DNA from: Chloroflexota bacterium
Lineage (GTDB): Bacteria > Chloroflexota > Dehalococcoidia > DSTF01 > RBG-16-68-14
Length of the DNA stretch: 64,000 nucleotides
NCBI GenBank assembly: GCA_029262675.1
Contig: JAJCYW010000021.1
Location: 130,146-194,145 of the forward strand
Reading direction: 5' to 3'
Part shown: in pieces, positions 19,365 to 27,183 of the stretch
Numbering within the stretch: position 1 is the stretch's first letter
Layout of the letters: each line of letters begins with the position of its first letter
Made by a program: the position numbers and the translations under genes
Notes under the pieces: model-generated
The model's database searches: none
The model's input: the letters and a program-made list of their open reading frames with translations, nothing else
Told to the model about the DNA's origin: nothing

Positions 19365-20090
19365 CTACGCCTTGGCCCGCGTAATCGGCACGATGCGCAT
19401 ACCCAGGTTGGGCTCCACGTCAAAGCTGATCACGTTACCCGTGCTCTTCACGGCGCCGCGGATCTTAGAGACCTCCAGCGCCTTCACCAACTGGTCTCCC
19501 ACCTCCTCGACCCGCAGCCGCATGTGAGCGTCACAGATGGAGCGCAGGCGTATGAACATCTGCTCGCTGAAGACGTGGGAGTGCATGGTGAATATCAGCG
19601 TCTTGCCGAGATCGCAGAACTCCTTACAGAGCGTAAAGAACGTCAGCGTGTCCTGGTCCTGAACGTGCGACACGAATGTCGTCAGCGAATCGACGATGAC
19701 GATGTCGAAGCGATCGGCATGCTGCGCGATGTGCGCGCGCAGCGTCTGGAACACCTGCTGCGAATGTATTTCGTCGAAGGCCTGCGGCACCGGGTAGATG
19801 CTCATCTTGCCCAGCAGGAAGTAGTCCTCGACGCCGAGGCCGAGGTCCTCCATCTGGTTGAGCAGGCTGCGCGTCGTGTTCTCCGTTGTATAGAAGAGCA
19901 CGCGCAGGCCGTCGCGCAGTCCGCCCCACGTCAACTGCTGGACGAGCACGCTCTTGCCGGCATCCGACTGGCCCTCGATCAGGCTGAGGGACCCTTCAGG
20001 GATTCCGCCCGCCATCTTCTTGTCCAGCTCGATGTTACCCGTGCTGATGAGCCGCTTTGCCTTGCGGTCCGGCGCGAAACTTGCAGCCAT
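19365..20090 (-). CDS. arlH: KaiC/RecA-like ATPase FlaH/ArlH-like
   Basis: 241 aa with Walker A LIEGQSDAGKS and a single-domain KaiC-like fold, sitting between FlaG-like and FlaI-like genes as in archaeal fla operons. Confidence 0.7.
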   Translation of the reverse strand: MAASFAPDRKAKRLISTGNIELDKKMAGGIPEGSLSLIEGQSDAGKSVLVQQLTWGGLRDGLRVLFYTTENTTRSLLNQMEDLGLGVEDYFLLGKMSIYPVPQAFDEIHSQQVFQTLRAHIAQHADRFDIVIVDSLTTFVSHVQDQDTLTFFTLCKEFCDLGKTLIFTMHSHVFSEQMFIRLRSICDAHMRLRVEEVGDQLVKALEVSKIRGAVKSTGNVISFDVEPNLGMRIVPITRAKA

Positions 20091-20100
20091 ATTTGCCTCT

Positions 20101-20601
20101 CTAGATGCTGAAGAACGATGCCGCTGAGATGCCGAGCTCGGTCGTGACCTGCAGCCAGTGACTGCCGGCTCCGGCCGCGGGGCCGAGCTTGGCGCGGATG
20201 GTCATGCTTTCGCCGGCGTTGAGCACACGTGGATCGATCACGTCGTTGTCGATCGAGAGGACGCGCCAGCTGTTATCCGGCTGCGGCGATGTCACGGTAG
20301 TGAAGTCCAGGTACGTGTTGTAGGTGGTGCTGGCAGCCGTGTACTGAATCAGCATGTCTACCTTCGAAAAGTCGACGACAGCGGTCGCTCCGTCGTTGCG
20401 AACGACGACATCGATATCGGCGCCGCTGACGTTTATCGACGTGATCGAAATATCGCTGCGCACGCGCTCGACGCTCAGCTCCTCGGCGTCCTGCCAGGAG
20501 TCGCTCAGCGTGCGGAACGAGCTGAACCCGCTGCGCCCCAGCATCAGCGAGGCGATGACGAGGATGGTTACAGCCAGGAGCGCGGGCAGGACGCTATCCA
20601 C
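20101..20601 (-). CDS. arlG: FlaG/ArlG-like archaellum protein (N-terminal transmembrane helix plus beta-sandwich)
   Basis: GTG start after GGAGGGGA. MDSVLPALLAVTILVIASLML transmembrane helix then a beta-rich domain. The position after the FlaF-like gene matches the archaeal flaF-flaG-flaH order. Confidence 0.5.
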   Translation of the reverse strand: MDSVLPALLAVTILVIASLMLGRSGFSSFRTLSDSWQDAEELSVERVRSDISITSINVSGADIDVVVRNDGATAVVDFSKVDMLIQYTAASTTYNTYLDFTTVTSPQPDNSWRVLSIDNDVIDPRVLNAGESMTIRAKLGPAAGAGSHWLQVTTELGISAASFFSI

Positions 20602-20613
20602 AGATCCCCTCCA

Positions 20614-21057
20614 TCACAGCGTGAAGAACTTGGAGTCCTCGACGCCGTTGGCGGCGACGACCTTCAGGTAGTAGGTATTGCCCGTCGCAAGCGCCGTCGT
20701 AACGTAAATGGTGATATGCAACGTGGCGGTGGGGTTCCACTCGGTATCGTTCTCCAGCGTGTACTCCCAACACGGCGCCGTGCAGCTCGCGCCGCCGTAC
20801 GGGATACGCTGGAAGTCCGTCTCCGGCCCGAAGAAGACGTCCGACTGCGTGATGGCGCTGATGCGCGTGGCGCCCGTGTTCTTCACCCAGGCATCGGCCT
20901 GCGTCGCGGTATCCTGGCCGATGGCATGAATGATCTCCACGCGGCTGCTGAGCCGATCGTCCGCGACCTCTGCCGACGACACGAGCGCCGTGCCGGCTCG
21001 GCTGATGGCCGGCATCAGCGCCGTAATCACGGAACCGATGGCAACGATGGCTGCCAC
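20614..21057 (-). CDS. arlF: FlaF/ArlF-like archaellum protein (N-terminal transmembrane helix plus beta-sandwich). The true start may be an upstream non-AUG codon, extending to about 21090.
   Basis: Transmembrane helix AAIVAIGSVITALMPAI, then a beta-rich domain with a CTAPCW motif. The in-frame upstream sequence IEKSIATILLTV directly follows AAGGAGAG and has no ATG/GTG/TTG. Confidence 0.5.
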   Translation of the reverse strand: MAAIVAIGSVITALMPAISRAGTALVSSAEVADDRLSSRVEIIHAIGQDTATQADAWVKNTGATRISAITQSDVFFGPETDFQRIPYGGASCTAPCWEYTLENDTEWNPTATLHITIYVTTALATGNTYYLKVVAANGVEDSKFFTL

Positions 21058-21119
21058 GGTGAGCAGGATGGTGGCGATGGACTTCTCGATGTCAGTCTCT
21101 CCTTAGGGCCGGGACCGGG

Positions 21120-22091
21120 CTACCGCACGCGGCGCAGGCGGGCTCCCCGCCTGCGTGGCAGCCTGATCACGCGCTCTCCATGCACGATTGCGTCCAACTG
21201 ACGCAGTACGACAAGACACTCATTTACGCTCACCGGCACGTCGTCGCCGGGATCGTCGTCGCCGGAGTTGTCCAGTTCGGCCAGGAACTCCCGGGCCTCA
21301 TCGGGTAGCAGCTCCGCGAACGCTGCCAGCTTGAGAACGAAGCGGTACCTGCGGGGGCCGAGGGTCGCCAGCGCCTCCTCCGCCCAAACGGCCAGTCCAG
21401 CGACAGACGCAAGCGTCCACGTCTGCTGATCATTACGTTCCGGCTGTCGCGCGCGTGCCGGCTGTCGTTGTCCGGCCGGACGTTCCGTCGTAGCGGGCGC
21501 GTCCTCGTACTCGTCTACTGCGGCGTCTTCGCCGATTTCAGCAGCCAGTTCCGCTGTCTCGTCTGCATCCAGCTCCTGCGACGCGACGGGCCGTGAGGCG
21601 CCGGCCGGCGATGACTGCTGGCCGGGAGCCCCCGGGTAGCGGATGATGTTGGTCACGGCCGGCGCTGGTGGCTGCATGGGCGCGGCCGTCGACGGCATCG
21701 GCGCTGGCGGCTGTACCGGTGCGGCCGGCGGCGGCATCAGCGTTGGCTGCTGGACCGGCGGGCCCTGCGGCGCTGGCGCGAGCGACGGCATCGCGGGCGC
21801 GACGCCGCCCGCCTGCGCGGCCATGGGCTGTGCGGCGGGCGCCCCGCCAAACGTAGGTATTGCAATAGACTCGACGCTCGGTATTTCTAGAACGCGCTTG
21901 GGCCTGGCCGGTTCTTCGTCTGGCTCTGCGAACTGCGTGGGCCGGGAAGACGTTGGAATGGTGGTATCGGCGGAGAAGGGGTTGTCCTGGGACAACACGG
22001 CGGTACGGATCTCCTTCAGGACAGCCTTAATCTCGCCCTTAAGGAGCTTAACCTCATCCTGGAGCGTCGCTACCTGACTGTTCAGTTCCAT
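21120..22091 (-). CDS. Coiled-coil and proline-rich protein at the FlaCDE/FlaX position of the cluster (function unknown)
   Basis: N-terminal heptad-like MELNSQVATLQDEVKLLKGEIKAVLKEIRTAVL, a long Pro/Ala/Gln-rich linker, and an acidic C-terminal domain. It lies between the archaellins and the FlaF-like gene. Confidence 0.35.
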   Translation of the reverse strand: MELNSQVATLQDEVKLLKGEIKAVLKEIRTAVLSQDNPFSADTTIPTSSRPTQFAEPDEEPARPKRVLEIPSVESIAIPTFGGAPAAQPMAAQAGGVAPAMPSLAPAPQGPPVQQPTLMPPPAAPVQPPAPMPSTAAPMQPPAPAVTNIIRYPGAPGQQSSPAGASRPVASQELDADETAELAAEIGEDAAVDEYEDAPATTERPAGQRQPARARQPERNDQQTWTLASVAGLAVWAEEALATLGPRRYRFVLKLAAFAELLPDEAREFLAELDNSGDDDPGDDVPVSVNECLVVLRQLDAIVHGERVIRLPRRRGARLRRVR

Positions 22092-22161
22092 GACATCCGT
22101 GCCTTTCTCCGCGAGACGCTTGTACCATGTTGCGCATCCCGCGCCGGTTCAGCGTTGCGCG

Positions 22162-22758
22162 CTAGTGAAGCTGCATGACGGCCCTTAGCTCCGTCGGTAG
22201 CTGGCGCGTGATATCTAACGTGGCTCCCACAGGCGTCTGAATCTCGAACGTGAACCGTTCGTTCGGGTCCAACGTCGGCACCGGTGTAATCGCCCCGCCG
22301 TCAACATCAACGGTTATCAGCATTAGCTCGCCCGGTTCCAGCAGCGTGTCGGTATCGCCTACGATCGTCGTCACGGCATAGGTGACATCGTTGTCCACGA
22401 CGTTGTCGTCGCGATAGGCCACTACGGTACGGTTGTTGACGCCCGCCGGGTTCAGCGGTACGGACTCACCTCCCGCGGTGGTCGCCACGGTGAGCTGGAT
22501 ATCATCCACCACAAGCGTGGCTCCCGTAGCGGTGACGACGACGCCACCGCGTATCTCCATCGTGCCTCGTGCTTTCTCCAGGCCTGCGAACACGGTTTCC
22601 TTCCCTCGTTCCGCGCTAAAGACTCCGGTGGTCAACACCACGAAGGCGAAGATCGTGGCGACTACAACGAACGCGATAAGGATGATCGCTGTTTCCAGTC
22701 CCGTGATTCCTCGTTCCCCGTTCGTCGCTCGTGTCAGTAGCTTGCTTACTCTGTTCAT
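22162..22758 (-). CDS. arlB: Archaellin (archaeal flagellin FlaB/ArlB family), copy 2
   Basis: A 17-aa basic class III signal MNRVSKLLTRATNGERG, then ITGLETAIILIAFVVVATIFAFVVLTTG (archaellin N-terminal hydrophobic domain, cleavage after Gly). 198 aa, with an NRT sequon. Confidence 0.8.
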   Translation of the reverse strand: MNRVSKLLTRATNGERGITGLETAIILIAFVVVATIFAFVVLTTGVFSAERGKETVFAGLEKARGTMEIRGGVVVTATGATLVVDDIQLTVATTAGGESVPLNPAGVNNRTVVAYRDDNVVDNDVTYAVTTIVGDTDTLLEPGELMLITVDVDGGAITPVPTLDPNERFTFEIQTPVGATLDITRQLPTELRAVMQLH

Positions 22759-22895
22759 ATTCCGACCTTCCGTCTACGGGTATTCCCCTAGGGGAAGTGT
22801 CGGCAGCTACTAGGGACTTCAAGAGGGTGTAGCCATTTTCGCGTTTGTCAACCGGCACCCTCGCTCGCTTCATTTGGTTCCAACCCATTCTCTTG

Positions 22896-22923
22896 CTGCG
22901 GTTGTGGGCGGGCGCCTGTTTCG
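22896..22923 (-). terminator. GC-rich hairpin between the two archaellin genes (candidate intrinsic terminator for arlB1)
   Basis: GGGCGGGCGCCtgtttcGGCGCCCGCCC, an 11-bp perfect stem 45 nt downstream of the arlB1 stop. No clean U-tract on the minus-strand sense. Confidence 0.35.
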
Positions 22924-22967
22924 GCGCCCGCCCATCCTGGTTTCGATTCTTGTGCACTTGCTCTGCG

Positions 22968-23561
22968 CTAGTGCAACTGCATCACAGTCCGCAGCTCCGC
23001 CGGAAGCGTACGGGTGATGTCCATGGTTGCGCCGACTGGCGTCTGGATCTCGACCGTGAACTTCTCGTTCGGGTCCAGCGTCGGGGCCGGCGAAACTCCC
23101 GTGGCGACGTCGATGGCGATCACCTTGAGCTCACCTGGCTCCAGGAGCGTGTCGGTGTCACCGACGACGGTTGTCACCGTGTAGGTCACGTCGTTGTCCA
23201 CGATGTTGTCGTCGCGGTAGGCGATGACCGTCCGATTGTTGGTGCCCGACGGGTTAATCGGCACCGGCTCACCACCGGCGCTGTTGGCGACGGCGAACTG
23301 AATGTCATCGACTGCCAGCGTGGTGCCGACGGCCGTGACGACCACGCCACCGCGAAGCTCCATGCTGCCTCGCGCCTTCTCCAGGCCCGCGAACACCGTC
23401 TCCTTACCTCGCTCTGCGCTGAAGACACCAGTCGTCAGCACGACGAAGGCGAAGATGGTCGCTACGACCACGAAGGCGATGAGGATGATGGCCGTTTCCA
23501 GGCCGGTGATGCCCTGCTCACTGCGAGCGGAGCGGTCAAGAAGCATCTTCATCTTCTTCAC
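22968..23561 (-). CDS. arlB: Archaellin (FlaB/ArlB family), copy 1
   Basis: GTG start after AGAGGAGG+6 nt gives a 17-aa signal (M)KKMKMLLDRSARSEQG. The mature N-terminus is identical to copy 2 over about 50 aa. 198 aa. The track start 23615 is a likely over-extension. Confidence 0.8.
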   Translation of the reverse strand: MKKMKMLLDRSARSEQGITGLETAIILIAFVVVATIFAFVVLTTGVFSAERGKETVFAGLEKARGSMELRGGVVVTAVGTTLAVDDIQFAVANSAGGEPVPINPSGTNNRTVIAYRDDNIVDNDVTYTVTTVVGDTDTLLEPGELKVIAIDVATGVSPAPTLDPNEKFTVEIQTPVGATMDITRTLPAELRTVMQLH

Positions 23562-23828
23562 TACAAACCTCCTCTGTTGGCCGTAGTAGACGCTAGCGAG
23601 GAGCATTCTGCTCACTGCCCAACGCCTTTCTGGCCGTTGCTACCTTTCTTGCCCTCATCGGCATCTGTGCCGTTAGAGCGTGTCCACCGCGCGGTGCTTC
23701 CCGATCCCCTGGGGCGTCCTGCCCTGGGTGTAGGGTCTGCATCAGCATCGCCTACGGGCTGCAAGGAGAAGAGTAGGGATTCCCAAGAACATCGGCTGCA
23801 GGGTCACCTAATGCCGTTCCCTACGCCG

Positions 23829-25724
23829 TTACTCGTCTTTGCTCGGGGCGGCTTCGGAAACAGAGATCAACTGTGTGACGAAAAGGTCTAGCGTGATGAC
23901 AGAACCTTCGTCTGCTGGAGAAACGTCCAAGATGCCCCAGTGCGTCATGAACCCAAACGATGTGAAGCGGCCCAGCCGTATGCCATAGGAATCGCCTTCG
24001 GACTCGGCAAGCATCAATTCCCAGGGTTCAGTCGTCAGGAGCTCCTCGTAGAGCGGCGAAATCGCCGCGACAGGCTCCGTGCTCGTCCATTCGATGTGGT
24101 ACGGCAGCGGATCGCCTTCGCCAGCGTCTCGTAGCCTGCTGCCTTGCGGCAACGGGAAGTCGTCCGGAACCACCTTTAGCACCTCTGAGGGCCCGAACGG
24201 ATCGTAGGTCTGCGTGAAGGGTGGCGCGTGACCGAGATAGGCCGACGTGAAGAATGAAGCTGAAATGACTACGGCGGCCAGTGCGAACGCGGCCAGCGGT
24301 CGCAAGCGGACGGGCGTCGCCGAACGTTCTGCATTGGCGTCAGCGGACAGCGTAGGTCCACCGACTGCCGGCGCCTCAAGCGCTGCTGCCGCCTCGGGCG
24401 CGGCCGCACCTTCTTCACGCCCATTCCGGTTGACAGCCAGCGCCAGCAGGCCCACGACGGCCAGCACCAACGGCGTTATCCAGTAGATGCCGTTCGTGGG
24501 CGAGATGAAGCTGGCAGGCAGCACGGAGATGCTGCCGTCCGCCTCGACGACGCCAACCTGGACATCGACCGCAGGGAACGGCGTGGCGTGCTGGCTGGCA
24601 AGCATTGCAGCGTAGAAACCGATGAGGATGACGGGGATCAGGATGCTCCACTTTAGGTCGGTGCGCAGCAGCAACACCGCTGCGACGGCCAGTATCCCCC
24701 AGTCGTAGAAGTTCGCGTACGGCGTGACGATCAGCATGCCGAGAGCTGCGGCCGCCATCGCGACCGACCGCACGCCCTGCGCCCAGGCGACGACGACGAC
24801 GCCGAGGCTGAGGAACGAGAGAACCAAGGCCAGCATCGGGATCGGCTCGATGCCGCTGCTAATCAGAAAGCCCTGCCAGGCGTACTGCCACGACTGTTGG
24901 TACGGGAGGAGGTTGTCTCTCGCGTCGGCGCTGAGGTCGAAGAAGCTGGATATGTACGGGCCGACGTTGCTAAAGCCGACGGCGGCAAACCCGGCGACTT
25001 CCAACACGAGCGTTCCGGCCACCATCGCGGCGAGCGCTCGGCCGTTGCGGGTCCAGAGTAGGTAGAGCCCCGGAACGGCCGCATACTGCGGCTTCAGCAC
25101 CAATACAGCGAAGCAGAGTCCGGCCAGAATCGGATGCCGCTTCAGCAGCAAGAACCCGCCAAGCGCGGACAATGCCAGCATTGATGTCATATGACCTAAC
25201 CGAAGCGCCCAATGCATCTGCGGCAGGCTGATGATACCCAGCGCCACCGCCAGCTTCCCTTCAATTGAATTCACATTGCGCTGGGCGATGAATGCAATCG
25301 CCAAGACAGCTAACATCCCGAGGCCGACGTAGACGCGATAAGCGTTGTGAACATGCATCCACGACAGTGGATGCATGACGAGCGAGAGGCCCGGACTGTA
25401 GAGTCCGTTGATGTTCAGGTTAGCCGCATCATCATAGAAGTTGGCGAAATCGCCCATTCGGTCGGCCGTCCACCACATCTCGAGCGTCTCCGGAAGGACG
25501 GCGGCCAGTACCGCAAGTTCGACTCCGACGATGACGAGCAGGGACAGTGATGCGAGAGCGGCCAGCCGTGCGGGCCGGATCGCGCCCGGTCGCCAGCGCA
25601 CGACGGTATCCAGAGCGAGCGTTGTCACTGGTCGAACCTCCTCGGTGGCGTCGGGCCGGCCGCGGCCGTCGACTAGTTCATTGTTGCCGGATGCACGCAA
25701 GCGTGGCAGTAGGGCCGCCCCCAA
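23829..25724 (-). CDS. Large polytopic membrane protein, putative GT-C-fold/DUF2029-like glycosyltransferase with a C-terminal extracytoplasmic domain
   Basis: About 13 predicted transmembrane helices, a first extracytoplasmic loop with acidic DRMGDFANFYDD, and a roughly 170-aa soluble C-terminal domain. It is co-directional with and immediately upstream of the archaellin genes. The family assignment comes from architecture only. Confidence 0.35.
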   Translation of the reverse strand: MGAALLPRLRASGNNELVDGRGRPDATEEVRPVTTLALDTVVRWRPGAIRPARLAALASLSLLVIVGVELAVLAAVLPETLEMWWTADRMGDFANFYDDAANLNINGLYSPGLSLVMHPLSWMHVHNAYRVYVGLGMLAVLAIAFIAQRNVNSIEGKLAVALGIISLPQMHWALRLGHMTSMLALSALGGFLLLKRHPILAGLCFAVLVLKPQYAAVPGLYLLWTRNGRALAAMVAGTLVLEVAGFAAVGFSNVGPYISSFFDLSADARDNLLPYQQSWQYAWQGFLISSGIEPIPMLALVLSFLSLGVVVVAWAQGVRSVAMAAAALGMLIVTPYANFYDWGILAVAAVLLLRTDLKWSILIPVILIGFYAAMLASQHATPFPAVDVQVGVVEADGSISVLPASFISPTNGIYWITPLVLAVVGLLALAVNRNGREEGAAAPEAAAALEAPAVGGPTLSADANAERSATPVRLRPLAAFALAAVVISASFFTSAYLGHAPPFTQTYDPFGPSEVLKVVPDDFPLPQGSRLRDAGEGDPLPYHIEWTSTEPVAAISPLYEELLTTEPWELMLAESEGDSYGIRLGRFTSFGFMTHWGILDVSPADEGSVITLDLFVTQLISVSEAAPSKDE

Positions 25725-25847
25725 TCTGTATCCAACGCGTCCCTGAGTCCGTGGCTCCGTAACCGGCTCATCTGGCAGCGCTCAATAGCCGATACTCGAC
25801 CAGCAGGTGATCCGCGTCTCAGTTATCAAAGAAGGGTTAGGACTATA

Positions 25848-27104
25848 ATGGTGAGCACGGCGCAGAAACCAACCATGAGCTACGACGAAGCAATCCAGCT
25901 CTTCGAGCTGGCCGCGGACGACCTCGAACTGGAAGAGGAACTGCGGCTGCTGCTCCGCATGCCGCACCGCGAGCTGCACGTTGAAGTCCCGATCCGCATG
26001 GACGATGGATCCGTCAACGTCTACCCGGGATATCGCGTCCAGCACAACGGCGCGCGCGGCCCGTACAAGGGCGGCGTGCGCTTTCACCCGGAGGCCGACC
26101 TGGACGAGGTGCGGACGCTGGCATCGCTGATGACGTGGAAGTGCGCGCTGATGGACTTGCCATTCGGCGGGGCCAAGGGCGGCGTGCAGTGCGACCCAAC
26201 GACGATGAGCACGAATGAGTTGAAGAACGTCACGCGGCGCTACACCCAGAACATCGCGCACATCATCGGCATCAACCGCGACATTCCCGCGCCAGACATG
26301 GGCACCAACGCGCACACCATGGCCTGGATGATGGACGCCTACGGCCAGATAGAGGGGCACACGCCTGGGATCGTCACTGGCAAGCCGGTGGCGCTGGGCG
26401 GATCGGTTGGCCGCGAATCGGCGACGGGGCGCGGCGTCGTCTTCGTCCTGCAGGCGCTCTGCCGCGACCTTGGCCGCGAACCGGAGGAAGTCAGCATCGC
26501 GGTCCAGGGCTACGGCAACGTCGGCTCGTGGACGGCAACGCTGGCGGCGGAGGCCGGCTTCAAGGTCGTCGGCATTACGGACGTGACGTGCGGCGTGTAC
26601 GCGGAGAACGGACTGGACATCCACTCCCTGCGGGACCACCTGGACCAGGGCGGCATGCTTTCCGACTTCCAGGAAGGCGTGGAGTTGACCAACGCCGATC
26701 TGCTGACCTTGGATTGCGATGTCCTGATCCCCGCCGCCATAGGCGGCGTGATCACCGACGACAACTGCGACGCCGTGCGCGCCGACATCATCCTCGAAGC
26801 GGCCAACCGCCCGATTACGGGGCAAGCCGACGAAAGTCTGCGCGAGCGCGGCACGATCATCGTTCCAGACATCCTTGCCAACGCTGGAGGCGTGATCGTC
26901 TCCTACTTCGAGTGGACGCAGAACATCCAGCAGTTCCGCTGGGATGAGAAGCGCGTCACTCACGAACTGGCCCGCATCATCGAAGGCGCCTACGAAGCCG
27001 TCAGCGCCCTGGCAAGAGAGAAGCGCTGCCCCATGCGGCGCTCGGCGTACCTGATAGCGGTAGAGAAGGTGGCGGAAGCCATCCGCCTGAGGGGATTCGT
27101 CTAG
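25848..27104 (+). CDS. gdhA: NAD(P)-dependent glutamate dehydrogenase (Glu/Leu/Phe/Val dehydrogenase family)
   Basis: GGVRFHPEADLDEVRTLASLMTWKCALMDLPFGGAKGG and the nucleotide-binding motif GYGNVG. Confidence 0.9.
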   Translation: MVSTAQKPTMSYDEAIQLFELAADDLELEEELRLLLRMPHRELHVEVPIRMDDGSVNVYPGYRVQHNGARGPYKGGVRFHPEADLDEVRTLASLMTWKCALMDLPFGGAKGGVQCDPTTMSTNELKNVTRRYTQNIAHIIGINRDIPAPDMGTNAHTMAWMMDAYGQIEGHTPGIVTGKPVALGGSVGRESATGRGVVFVLQALCRDLGREPEEVSIAVQGYGNVGSWTATLAAEAGFKVVGITDVTCGVYAENGLDIHSLRDHLDQGGMLSDFQEGVELTNADLLTLDCDVLIPAAIGGVITDDNCDAVRADIILEAANRPITGQADESLRERGTIIVPDILANAGGVIVSYFEWTQNIQQFRWDEKRVTHELARIIEGAYEAVSALAREKRCPMRRSAYLIAVEKVAEAIRLRGFV

Positions 27105-27183
27105 AGGCAGGGATCAGGCCGCGGGCCTATTCCGAGCGGGCGCCACAACGCCGCCGGTCTAAGGCCTCGGATGGTGGCCGCGA

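Noticed and set aside
23829-25724. AglB/STT3 oligosaccharyltransferase identity for the large membrane protein (FYDWG resembling WWDYG)
   Set aside because: The FYDWG pentapeptide lies within a predicted transmembrane segment rather than in the C-terminal soluble domain where WWDYG sits in AglB/PglB. Only a generic GT-C-like call is retained.
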